Shown here in pieces: positions 1 through 9,422 of a stretch of DNA of 55,295 nt. Below the pieces are notes generated by a model. The model worked only from the letters and a program-made list of their open reading frames with translations. It ran no database searches and was not told where the DNA came from. Position 1 is the first letter of the stretch. Each line of letters opens with the position of its first letter. The stretch is from an uncultured virus (IMG/VR IMGVR_UViG_3300042485_000398) (taxonomy: Duplodnaviria > Heunggongvirae > Uroviricota > Caudoviricetes), in IMG/VR virus record IMGVR_UViG_3300042485_000398, positions 62,001-117,295 of that record. The stretch is one strand, 5' to 3'. A program made the position numbers and the translations under genes.

Positions 1-3000
1 AGAAACCATAAACGTCTGTGCGATTGGATCGGGAGCTCCGAACCTAAAATCAAACATTGATAAGTCGAAGTCAAACATTGGTAGATCTGGCACAACGGGT
101 GGTTCAGGTTGAACAACTGGCGGTGCCGGCGGTAGCGGAGCAGGATCTGGAGCAGTTACAGTAACATTAGTTACCTCAGTGACGTTATTGGTAACGTTGG
201 TCACAGATGTATTATTGATATTTTGTGTAACCTGAGTGACTTCGGTAACATTTGTGGTATTATTGATTGTAGTAAATGTATTATTTACCACTGTTGTTTG
301 AACAACACCAACCGCTCTTTCACCTAGTCGATTTGTTGTCGTATTGCTATCGGAAACCGATCTACTATCCGACAGATTTGAGGTTGCCAGATTAGCAACT
401 CTTGTAGAAATAACAGTATCTTGAACGCTTTGTGATAAACCATTCGCAGAGAATGTCATCGAGGCAGCGGTAGTAATAAACTTGGGTCTGTTTTTAGAAT
501 CATCGGTAAGTCTGAATAGCTTTTCTCCGACGCGGAAAGTACCAGCAGGAATTCTGAATTGACCAAAGCATTCACCAGACGCATTTGTGATCAGTGGGTC
601 GCCATAATCACCAGTTGCTAGTGATGTATTTTGAACAGAATTTGTTGCGCCGCTAACAACACCAGATAACGGACGACAATGAGCCTCAACAGTGGCACCG
701 TCAAAGAATGGATATACACGAGTAAGCGGCTTCATTCTCGTTGCTTTAAACGTCACAATAATAGAACGCATAAACGGAATGATAGAAGTATTTGTTACTC
801 TAGGACCAATTCGTTGAGTTTGTGTTTCCGGCGTTACAGTAAGTTGAACGCCCTGACGAGTTTGTCTTTGTTCTGTTGTCGTTGTTACGATAGCAATATC
901 TTCTTGGAATAGAGTATCGCCTCGTATGGCAGTGTTACCCGCTGCCGTTTGTGTGTTTGTAGTAACTCTACCCGTTCCGGTATCTTGCCAATCTTCCCAC
1001 TGAGTGCCCCATGCATCAGCAAGAGTTTCCCAAGCATCATAGTTACCATCAAAATTAGCAGAAATATCAGGAAGAACAGAAGTGTCTGTCCAGTTATCAA
1101 CAGGAGGATCGAGGTCTATTTCACCGATATATGTGAACAGAAGTTCACCGGTGCAATTACGGAACTTAGATGCTTGTAACTGACTCATCATCGTAAATTC
1201 GGTATACGGTAGTGTCAGTAGATCGCCTGTTTTTGTAATATTAGACGAGTTTGCAGAATCATACTGTAGGTCCACATTTTCCATGAAGAAGAATGGACGC
1301 ATTTCTTTTGCGTTTGGATCGATAGCAATATGGTATTCATTACTTAGAACATTACCGACATTATGTCCGGTGAATGCATCTACAAGAATACCGTTCTTAA
1401 AGCGATCTAGGCCGTTGGTATCAGTAATACTCAAATCACTAGCAGATTTTTCTAGTAAATTTAGCGAAGTGTAGTATTCCAGTCGATTTAGTCGCTGTTC
1501 TAGCTGACCAATATCGCGCATTGTATAACGACGATTATCAATTGCCTTATACTTAATTCCATAATCCGGTCTACCCACAGATTTAGCAACGTTGGGTGCC
1601 AGAGAAGGATACGGAGGAATGTCTATAACCGCGATAGATAAAGAATTCTCCGGTTCTACTGGTTCAAGTGGACTTAAAGAAGATACACCATATACAGAGG
1701 AAAATACACCCTCGTCGTCCATAACAATTCTATCTTTACGTCCCAGATAATACTCAATGTCTGTAGTAAATTGTTCTGTCGGGAAAGGTGTTATAATAGC
1801 TGCGCCAGTAGGACCACTAGGTGAAGAACCTACTGCAGGATTAACTGTCGCTGAGCCAGGGCTTGTCGTGAATGTAATAGTATCATCCCAGCGAGGACGA
1901 AAATCTAGTGTGTCGCGAAGATCATATGTGACCCCGGAAGTTGTAGAGGTATAAATTGGAATTTGTTCTGTGCGAATTTTGCCCGCTGGTGTAGTTTCGT
2001 CATCTACAGGATATGAATCAACGGTGTAGAAGTTGTATACAGTAGATGGAGAACCGCCATGAGTAAAATAGTCAAACGTGACAACCAACTTTTTATCTGT
2101 TAGCGTAAGACTTGCACCTGGTTTTTTAACAATTCTGGCGTTTGCATAGAAGCCGTCTCGCTGACCATTATCGAAGTTAAACAATGAAGTTACATCTGTT
2201 CCGCTTGCCTGAATATCTGCCGCGGCATCATCGAAATCACCGATCTTGACCGTGCGAAGTTTGTAACCATCAGACGCGCCTAAATTATATGTACCTGTGG
2301 TGTTGCCACTATCTTCGGTATCTAGAACAACTACGGCGCTTTCTTTAAGTTCTTTAGTTACTTTATTTGCGCCAGCAACTTGTACCTTACAGTGAACGCG
2401 AATGTTTGTGGCCGCGCTGATTGCTCCAGGGAAAGTTATTGTAATCTGTGTTCCAGTATTAGTTACAGTTACACTAGCAGTAGATTGTAGATTTAATACT
2501 GAACCAATTTCATATGCCACACTATTAATAGTGCAAGCGGCCTTGGTAGTAATTAAGATATTATCTAGAATTTCTGTGTTAGTCAGTGTTCCAACAGTAA
2601 ACGGAAAACTCTCAGGTGAACTTACCGAGAATGTAATAGTGTTGCTGCCATCAATAGTGTCATCAAATTGTTTGCTATAGACAAAACTATTGTCAACAGA
2701 AACAGGATTTGTAGTCTTCAATGCTCTAGCAGGAAACTTGAAAAGAAGACTGTTAAATTTGCTTTCGTAAATATAAGCCTTACTATCGACGAGAACAACA
2801 TCCGCATGACCATCGGCAGTGGTATCATAGTAAACGCCCTTAACATCTTCAAAGTTAAATGAAGATGTCATTTGAATGTCGTAGAGATACATGCGGAATT
2901 GCGTATTATATGCGCCAGGTGTACCAGTCTCGTGAACGATGTGGCGAACTCTAGCTGTACCGATTTGCGATCCTGGTGCCGCCGTGGCAGATTGTGCGCC

Positions 3001-4296
3001 ACCTGTTGGAGAACCAGAAGTACCAATAGCATTTGCGGCAGTGCCGCGAAGAGATACGGTATCACCCGCTGCAATATCCCAGTTACCGCAGAAGTTGTCA
3101 ACTAGAATATAGCTACCAAATGCAGTAGAGATAGGAACTTCATTTACAACCTTTGTTGTATTACCTTTCGGAACAACTACATATTCTGTTTGTCTAGTTT
3201 CGTATGCATAACCGCGAACATATGCTTTACCTGCTTCGATACCAATTGCTAAAAGTGTCTCGTCACCACCGGCTGCGGGGGTTGTCGCATTATATGGTAT
3301 TAGACCACCATTGGTTCCGGTGTCGAGATGTTCCTTGATTAAAATAGGAAACGCTTTTACAGTATAGTTGCCCGATTCATCGAAAGTGCGTTTTGCAAGA
3401 TTGCGACCAAGGTCGGCATAAATGCGGTCTTCGCTCATAACATTTTGTAACTGACCAGCAACAACTGTTATATACTCAGAGAACTCGTCGCCTGGCGTGG
3501 CATCAAGCGCATATTTAACCAGAGATGCGGTCGTTACATATCTGTCGGCACCTGGCGCGGCATAGTTGAATGTACCTTGTGCGGGATCCAAAAGATCGGG
3601 GTCAGTTTCATGTGTGACGATACTTTCTACAATCTCAAAACCAATTCTAAAATAGGGGTATGCATTATATTTTAGTAGTTCGAGAGTAGTTTTAGTAAAA
3701 GGAAGAAACTTACCATCTAGAAAAATAATACCATCATCTAGAGTTACAAATGACCCTCTACCATAATAATAGTTGCCTTCTTCAAAAGTATCATCTACTA
3801 CAAAAGTATCGGTAACTTGATCGCCAGTTTCAGATTCTATTACGCGAATTGTTTCACCGGGAGAAAAGTGAACTGCGTCCGTGGATCCATCACCCGTAAG
3901 ATATCTTAAATAAAGTGTATTAAGATCGGGTGAGTCCTCCTCCGAACCGCCGCTCACATAAATAATTTCTGCTTGTATCGAAGATGTTAAGCCAATTACT
4001 TTAGCACCTACATAATCCTCAATATCTTGAATCAAAAATCCAGAAGCATCTTCATCTAGAACTTTAATGAAGTCCCGTGCGGTGTCTAGTTTGAACTCAC
4101 ACCCGGTAACTACAGACCCATTTTTAAAAACATGGTTGCCGAATTTTCCAACCTGATCCTGAAGAATAGATTGAAGTTGTGTTAATTCTCTTGCCTGAAC
4201 AGCATAACCCGGCTTGAACAGAATTCTATTGTAATTGTTTGCAATCGCATCCGCAGCATCATCATAATACGGGGATACATTTAAGTCCAAGGCCAT
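1..4296 (-). CDS. Large virion structural protein, DUF4815/VrlC-like (3' end beyond window edge)
   Basis: Not in ORF track because it runs off the edge. ATG at 4296 gives MALDLNVSPYYDD...RILFKPGYAVQARELTQLQSILQDQV, the typical N-terminus of this T4-like family. The same frame reads DPIAQTFMVS at the window edge. The interior was only spot-checked for stops. Confidence 0.85.
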   Translation of the reverse strand, partial: MALDLNVSPYYDDAADAIANNYNRILFKPGYAVQARELTQLQSILQDQVGKFGNHVFKNGSVVTGCEFKLDTARDFIKVLDEDASGFLIQDIEDYVGAKVIGLTSSIQAEIIYVSGGSEEDSPDLNTLYLRYLTGDGSTDAVHFSPGETIRVIESETGDQVTDTFVVDDTFEEGNYYYGRGSFVTLDDGIIFLDGKFLPFTKTTLELLKYNAYPYFRIGFEIVESIVTHETDPDLLDPAQGTFNYAAPGADRYVTTASLVKYALDATPGDEFSEYITVVAGQLQNVMSEDRIYADLGRNLAKRTFDESGNYTVKAFPILIKEHLDTGTNGGLIPYNATTPAAGGDETLLAIGIEAGKAYVRGYAYETRQTEYVVVPKGNTTKVVNEVPISTAFGSYILVDNFCGNWDIAAGDTVSLRGTAANAIGTSGSPTGGAQSATAAPGSQIGTARVRHIVHETGTPGAYNTQFRMYLYDIQMTSSFNFEDVKGVYYDTTADGHADVVLVDSKAYIYESKFNSLLFKFPARALKTTNPVSVDNSFVYSKQFDDTIDGSNTITFSVSSPESFPFTVGTLTNTEILDNILITTKAACTINSVAYEIGSVLNLQSTASVTVTNTGTQITITFPGAISAATNIRVHCKVQVAGANKVTKELKESAVVVLDTEDSGNTTGTYNLGASDGYKLRTVKIGDFDDAAADIQASGTDVTSLFNFDNGQRDGFYANARIVKKPGASLTLTDKKLVVTFDYFTHGGSPSTVYNFYTVDSYPVDDETTPAGKIRTEQIPIYTSTTSGVTYDLRDTLDFRPRWDDTITFTTSPGSATVNPAVGSSPSGPTGAAIITPFPTEQFTTDIEYYLGRKDRIVMDDEGVFSSVYGVSSLSPLEPVEPENSLSIAVIDIPPYPSLAPNVAKSVGRPDYGIKYKAIDNRRYTMRDIGQLEQRLNRLEYYTSLNLLEKSASDLSITDTNGLDRFKNGILVDAFTGHNVGNVLSNEYHIAIDPNAKEMRPFFFMENVDLQYDSANSSNITKTGDLLTLPYTEFTMMSQLQASKFRNCTGELLFTYIGEIDLDPPVDNWTDTSVLPDISANFDGNYDAWETLADAWGTQWEDWQDTGTGRVTTNTQTAAGNTAIRGDTLFQEDIAIVTTTTEQRQTRQGVQLTVTPETQTQRIGPRVTNTSIIPFMRSIIVTFKATRMKPLTRVYPFFDGATVEAHCRPLSGVVSGATNSVQNTSLATGDYGDPLITNASGECFGQFRIPAGTFRVGEKLFRLTDDSKNRPKFITTAASMTFSANGLSQSVQDTVISTRVANLATSNLSDSRSVSDSNTTTNRLGERAVGVVQTTVVNNTFTTINNTTNVTEVTQVTQNINNTSVTNVTNNVTEVTNVTVTAPDPAPLPPAPPVVQPEPPVVPDLPMFDFDLSMFDFRFGAPDPIAQTFMVS

Positions 4297-4310
4297 GTGT
4301 AACTTCTCTC

Positions 4311-5870
4311 TTAAAAGTTAATAACTGTTCTAATCTTTTCTACTTGATCTGCTTGTCTATTAATGGGAAGGCGATTTTCTATATAAAGAATTTCACCTGT
4401 AGTATTAATAACATCCGGACTAGTTAGACTATTTATAGTCAATCCAGTAACGCTGGTTCTATTATTTGTCAAAACAGAATCTACTGTGATAACTGAAATC
4501 ACGGGAAGAAGATATACTTCATCTGTAGCTTCTTTAATCTGAGCAACAATAAATCTTCCGCCACCGTCTGTCGAAATGGAATCATCGTTTGAATAAACGG
4601 TGGTATCATCAACTGTAATTACATAACAGGTAGTGCCAGTGTCTGCCATAAAATTAGCCAGTTCATCGTCCAATGGATTTTTAACTATACCAAGTTGACG
4701 ATAATCGTTATTGTAAAAATAATCAGTTGTGTCATTTGTCAAATTGACTGAAAGACAAACTGTTTTGGCATAAAGTTCTTTAACAGGATTTGCGCCATGT
4801 CCATAATATGGGGAAACAGTTGCAGTGGCGGTAGCACCAGAGCCAAAGCCTAGAATATTATTAAATGATATCTCTGCAAAGGTATATCCTGTACCCGGGT
4901 TAGTAACATCAACACGTTCAATTCTACCCAATTCATCTACAAATGCCACTGCTTCCGCGCCAGATCCGTCACCGGATATGGTAACAAGAACGTCTCCTGA
5001 AGAATAATTCTGTCCAATTTGCAGTAAATTAATTCTATCTACAGTGCCTGGAACTGCGGCGGCTTCAATACTTTCTTGAACCAGAGATACTGGAATACTA
5101 CCTAGAGATACTTCTGCGGTAGCACCAGCACCCGTTTCATTATCTACAATTTCAATATATGCAAATGAATAACCATAACCCTGATTGGTGATGGTGATAT
5201 CTGTAATTTCATCGTCGGTAACTACAGCCACAGCCGTAGCTCCTACCCCGTCACCCTGGATAAGAACTGTTGGCAAATCTTCTGAATCGTATCCTGTTCC
5301 TCCAGAAGTTACGGTGATATCATCAATTTCACCGTTGATATCGTATAACGGAACACCTACTCCTGCCATCTTACGAACTGGAATAAAATCTGGAGTAAGA
5401 AACTTCAATTGATCTGATGCTTCGACTCTAAACATGTATTTCCACACATATCCATCTGGAAGTATGAATGCATTGGTAACATCTGTGCTGTTAGGTTTAT
5501 TAAAACTGGGCGTGCCACCGTTATTATTTAAACATTTGTATACGCGCATATCATCTGTCAGGACATAGAAGTCCTCGGTTGACAAATCATCTACATCATC
5601 GTAATGATCATAAATGGTACCAGCTACCCAATCGATACGACGAATCATCATAACAGCATCCGAAGCTTGGACACGCTTAACAAACATCATATTCCTATGT
5701 GTTTGGCTATTATAAGACTCGGTATCGAGTGGGGTTTCTGGTGTGCCGACAACTGGCCATTCTGTGGTTTTACCCACAAAGAAATAAAAGAAGTCGTTCT
5801 CGTTAACTACGTCACGATAGAAACTTCTTGCTAGTTCATTTCTAGCCAATGTTCTTAGCAATAGAGCCAC
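4311..5870 (-). CDS. gp8: Baseplate wedge subunit, T4 gp8-like, with inserted Gly/Thr repeat modules
   Basis: Motifs FYVLTDDMRVYKCLNN, DGYVWKYMF, YRQLGIVKNP and GEILYIENR; baseplate context. Confidence 0.85.
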   Translation of the reverse strand: MALLLRTLARNELARSFYRDVVNENDFFYFFVGKTTEWPVVGTPETPLDTESYNSQTHRNMMFVKRVQASDAVMMIRRIDWVAGTIYDHYDDVDDLSTEDFYVLTDDMRVYKCLNNNGGTPSFNKPNSTDVTNAFILPDGYVWKYMFRVEASDQLKFLTPDFIPVRKMAGVGVPLYDINGEIDDITVTSGGTGYDSEDLPTVLIQGDGVGATAVAVVTDDEITDITITNQGYGYSFAYIEIVDNETGAGATAEVSLGSIPVSLVQESIEAAAVPGTVDRINLLQIGQNYSSGDVLVTISGDGSGAEAVAFVDELGRIERVDVTNPGTGYTFAEISFNNILGFGSGATATATVSPYYGHGANPVKELYAKTVCLSVNLTNDTTDYFYNNDYRQLGIVKNPLDDELANFMADTGTTCYVITVDDTTVYSNDDSISTDGGGRFIVAQIKEATDEVYLLPVISVITVDSVLTNNRTSVTGLTINSLTSPDVINTTGEILYIENRLPINRQADQVEKIRTVINF

Positions 5871-5883
5871 AGTTTATTACCTA

Positions 5884-6327
5884 TTATTCTACAGTGACCG
5901 TCCAAGTGATTGTCATCGAGTCACCTGCAGCCTTGTTGATAACTGCAAACTCGGTACGGCAAAGCATTGTGCCCGCCGAAGAAGCGTTGAAAATACCTGC
6001 TTCTGTAACAGCACCCGTGCCGGTACCAGCTGGGAATGTAGCAACATATTCTACGGAGTTGCTTGTAACTGTTGTAGAAAATAGCGTGACACGACCCAGT
6101 TGTGTTTGTAGGGCTGTATCACCTGCGGCTGGATCGTTTGTACCCGAGCCGATTGCCATGTGAGTCATTGCTGTTTCAGTGGCGTCCTTCATGCGTGATG
6201 CGATGTAGTCTAGGCCCGCGTCAACAACGAGGTTGGTTACATTAAGTTCTTGCTTAAGGTTGCCTGCATTGTCATTGACAACGATAGATAGCTTACCTGT
6301 AGCTGAAAGGAAATCCTTATTTCTCAT
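5884..6327 (-). CDS. Small virion/tail structural protein
   Basis: 147-aa ORF (NLVVDAG...MAIGSG...TEAGIFNA...TITWTVT) resembling phage tail/baseplate-associated beta proteins; SD-like AGAAGG upstream. Confidence 0.6.
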   Translation of the reverse strand: MRNKDFLSATGKLSIVVNDNAGNLKQELNVTNLVVDAGLDYIASRMKDATETAMTHMAIGSGTNDPAAGDTALQTQLGRVTLFSTTVTSNSVEYVATFPAGTGTGAVTEAGIFNASSAGTMLCRTEFAVINKAAGDSMTITWTVTVE

Positions 6328-6350
6328 GAGTATTATACCTTCTTCTTGTG

Positions 6351-9300
6351 TTAAATCGAATTGTTACTTCCAACGTAATCGCCTGCTTCATAAGCGCCGG
6401 AAGTGTAATCGTATGACCAGTAGTCTTGTGTATTTATATTGCCAATTTCGCTTACTGTGGAAGTTTCTACTAGATTTTTACTGATACTAGAGTGTGTGTC
6501 TTCCATAATATGTAGCGTGGATTGAGCAGCCTTACCCGGCTCAACGACTTCAATATTTTCATTGACGCCGTTTGGTAAACCATCGCTAGACGCCTTATTT
6601 ACCGAAAGCGAATTACTGTCCGAGATAAAAATACCATCGGTTACTGTTTTAGTAAATGAAGTTTCCACAACATCCGTGATAATAGGATCATCGTCTGGAA
6701 CTCTAAACACAGGAGTAATTGAGTCAATGGTTTCAGTTACAGTCACCGTCTCATTGATTAACTTGGTGATTACCATATATGGTATACTATCACCCGAGGC
6801 CACCGTTTCTGTTAGTCCTTTAGCCACTCGAATGGATGCAGTATCAATAGCAGATAGAATAATATCCGCATCTGTGATATAATCTTCGGCAAAATAATCG
6901 CCAAGAATATATGGTGCGGCGGTGTCAATGGTTTTATCAACATATTTGTAGAAGTGAGATGTAGAACTGTCTGACATACCCATAGTGGATTCACTAACGG
7001 TTCTCATGAAGCCGAAATAGATATCTTCCGAGGTAAGTGGAATATCAAGTAGTGTTTTACCGACATCAATAGCATCGATACTATCACTTGTTACCGGAAC
7101 ATCAGTTACTCCTTTGCCCACATCGTTGATAACTAGCTCTGTGAACCCATTGCTTATGTCGGATAGAGACTTACCAACATGTGATGCATGTTCTTCAGTA
7201 GTAAGATATGTATCATTAAGCGTCTTCCTAAAGTCTACTGCAATATCATAACTTACACCAAGAATTTCTACTGCTCGAACAATTTCAACTGGGAATTCAT
7301 AGAAGTGAATTGGTTGACGAACAACTTCAAACGAAGCCCCAAGCTCTAGGGTGCTACCTAGTAATAGTTCACTGAATATGGCCATGCCGGCAGGGTGAAC
7401 TGTGTTTTTCACCATTGTCATCCAGTTAACAGATGGCACCTTTGAGCGAAGAACATACGAATAATTCTGGTAATAGTAATTGTCTTGGAGTTTATTAACA
7501 TCCGACAACATACCTTGACGATTCTGGAATCCTTCTTGTATCGAAGTTATTGCTCCTGTGGAGAAGCGAAGGACACAATTTGATCCAGATGGCGATGTTA
7601 TCGTAGCTGTAAATGTCTGTGCTTCAAATCCACTACCACTTGAGAAGATTCTTACCTTTGTAGGTCTTCCTTGAGCATTGACGCTATCAATAATAACACT
7701 GGCTCTATTATCTACACCGAACTGGACGTAATCACCCGCGAAATAATTTAGAGCCGTATCTGGGAAACTGAATACATATTGCCCAGTTGATCCGCTTTCG
7801 GAAATTGAGTATACTTCACCCTGTAAGAAGCCGTAATTTGGGGTGCCAGAAATACTAACAATGTCTACGGTATCTGTAATGCTACGAGTAAGATAACCAT
7901 ACTTATCTGTTAACTCATCAATATAAACAAACGACCTTATGGTATCGGTGCTAAAGGATACGATAGTGGATTCTTCTGCGTATCCAGTACCTCCGGTTAA
8001 CATCGAAACATATTCAATACCACCGGTAGCATTTAGATACGCTTGCGCTGTTGCTCCAGTAGCCCCGATGTCGGAAATAAATGTGATTGCGGGAATTGCA
8101 TTATAGCCACTACCGGGTGCATCCATGGCATCGATGAAACGTTGTTCGTCGCCAGTACCTGCAGAGGTAAAATTGATAAAGTATTCTTTAGAAAGCACAT
8201 GAAAATTACCGACACCCACATTGGTAAGATCCAATTCATTATATGAACTAATAGCTACATAATCGCTGGCAAAATAAGTATCATCTAAACAATATCTTGG
8301 ATCACTATCGATTAAAGATTCCGCGAGTTTGATTGTATTGTTATTAATTTTAATAACATAATACACACCGGAATCATCCAGCCCTCCGATTTCGGTAGAA
8401 TCTGCCTTATATACAACCAGATCGCCAGTATTATAACCATGTGCCGCTATCGTTATGGTATTAGTAGAAATGTTTACATTGGCACTTTTAAAAAAAGTTC
8501 TTGTAGGAACTTGTTGCAACGCAATTTTGTCACGATACAATCGAAAATATCTACTGTCAATTACTTTAACAAAATATTGTCTATATGGAATTAATCCGCC
8601 AATTGCCGTGCCTTCCATAGGATCATAGATAACACAATCGCCAGTTGTAAACCCATGGTCCGGAATTAAAAATCTGGCATATATGTCAAAGTTTTCAGCC
8701 GGATCGAAGTCTCTAGAAGAAACTGCCGGGTCACCTGTTATTGCCTTGATTTCGCCATCGACAACAAGGGGTCTGGCATTTGCGCCTGCACCCGGGAGAA
8801 TGATAACATCATTTTCTTGTTGCTTAACATAAAGTTCATATGTTGGAACAGTAGAGTATGCTAGTCTCGTTACTTCATCAACTATAATATTGTATGTCTC
8901 AAACGTAGAAACACTACCAATATCAATGTGCGAGTAAATCTTGGCCCTTTTACCCTTTAAATCAAACGGGTCTAATGAGATAGTATCATCTGTTGTGATA
9001 CGCATCTTTTCGCGATTTACCCATATACCATCAGATGGCTTTAAAACATAAGTTGATGGATAGATAATATCAACATGTTCGTTGAAGAAGGTTCTAAAAA
9101 TGAATAGAATACTTTCTTCTGACCCCTTTGCTTCATAAAACTCTCTAATGAATTTTATAAGGCGACGATCCGTAATAAGTGAATCTTTAGGAAACATCTG
9201 TAGATATTGTTCACGGAACGAAGGAATAAAGGCATCAAGTGTATTATTGATATCCGAAAATGAGCTGGCATTCAATAGGACATTATTCACCTCTCCATCC

Positions 9301-9419
9301 TGATCTAGAAACTCATAGTATTTTTCTAGAAAAAGGACGAATTGTGGGAATTCTGCTTTAATATAATCTGGAACTTGATTTGTAATCAAATATGCCAGAG
9401 AATTTTTGAAATCCGACAT
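6351..9419 (-). CDS. Baseplate wedge initiator, gp7-like, with accessory inserted domains
   Basis: N-terminal FVLFLEKYYEFL / FYEAKGSEES and internal LQDNYYYQNYSYVLRS...VHPAG motifs; located between gp6 and gp8. Confidence 0.7.
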   Translation of the reverse strand: MSDFKNSLAYLITNQVPDYIKAEFPQFVLFLEKYYEFLDQDGEVNNVLLNASSFSDINNTLDAFIPSFREQYLQMFPKDSLITDRRLIKFIREFYEAKGSEESILFIFRTFFNEHVDIIYPSTYVLKPSDGIWVNREKMRITTDDTISLDPFDLKGKRAKIYSHIDIGSVSTFETYNIIVDEVTRLAYSTVPTYELYVKQQENDVIILPGAGANARPLVVDGEIKAITGDPAVSSRDFDPAENFDIYARFLIPDHGFTTGDCVIYDPMEGTAIGGLIPYRQYFVKVIDSRYFRLYRDKIALQQVPTRTFFKSANVNISTNTITIAAHGYNTGDLVVYKADSTEIGGLDDSGVYYVIKINNNTIKLAESLIDSDPRYCLDDTYFASDYVAISSYNELDLTNVGVGNFHVLSKEYFINFTSAGTGDEQRFIDAMDAPGSGYNAIPAITFISDIGATGATAQAYLNATGGIEYVSMLTGGTGYAEESTIVSFSTDTIRSFVYIDELTDKYGYLTRSITDTVDIVSISGTPNYGFLQGEVYSISESGSTGQYVFSFPDTALNYFAGDYVQFGVDNRASVIIDSVNAQGRPTKVRIFSSGSGFEAQTFTATITSPSGSNCVLRFSTGAITSIQEGFQNRQGMLSDVNKLQDNYYYQNYSYVLRSKVPSVNWMTMVKNTVHPAGMAIFSELLLGSTLELGASFEVVRQPIHFYEFPVEIVRAVEILGVSYDIAVDFRKTLNDTYLTTEEHASHVGKSLSDISNGFTELVINDVGKGVTDVPVTSDSIDAIDVGKTLLDIPLTSEDIYFGFMRTVSESTMGMSDSSTSHFYKYVDKTIDTAAPYILGDYFAEDYITDADIILSAIDTASIRVAKGLTETVASGDSIPYMVITKLINETVTVTETIDSITPVFRVPDDDPIITDVVETSFTKTVTDGIFISDSNSLSVNKASSDGLPNGVNENIEVVEPGKAAQSTLHIMEDTHSSISKNLVETSTVSEIGNINTQDYWSYDYTSGAYEAGDYVGSNNSI

Positions 9420-9422
9420 GTA

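Noticed and set aside
679..3105. Several short ORFs of 60-92 aa on both strands
   Set aside because: All lie within the long minus-strand DUF4815-like gene that the track missed because it runs off the window edge
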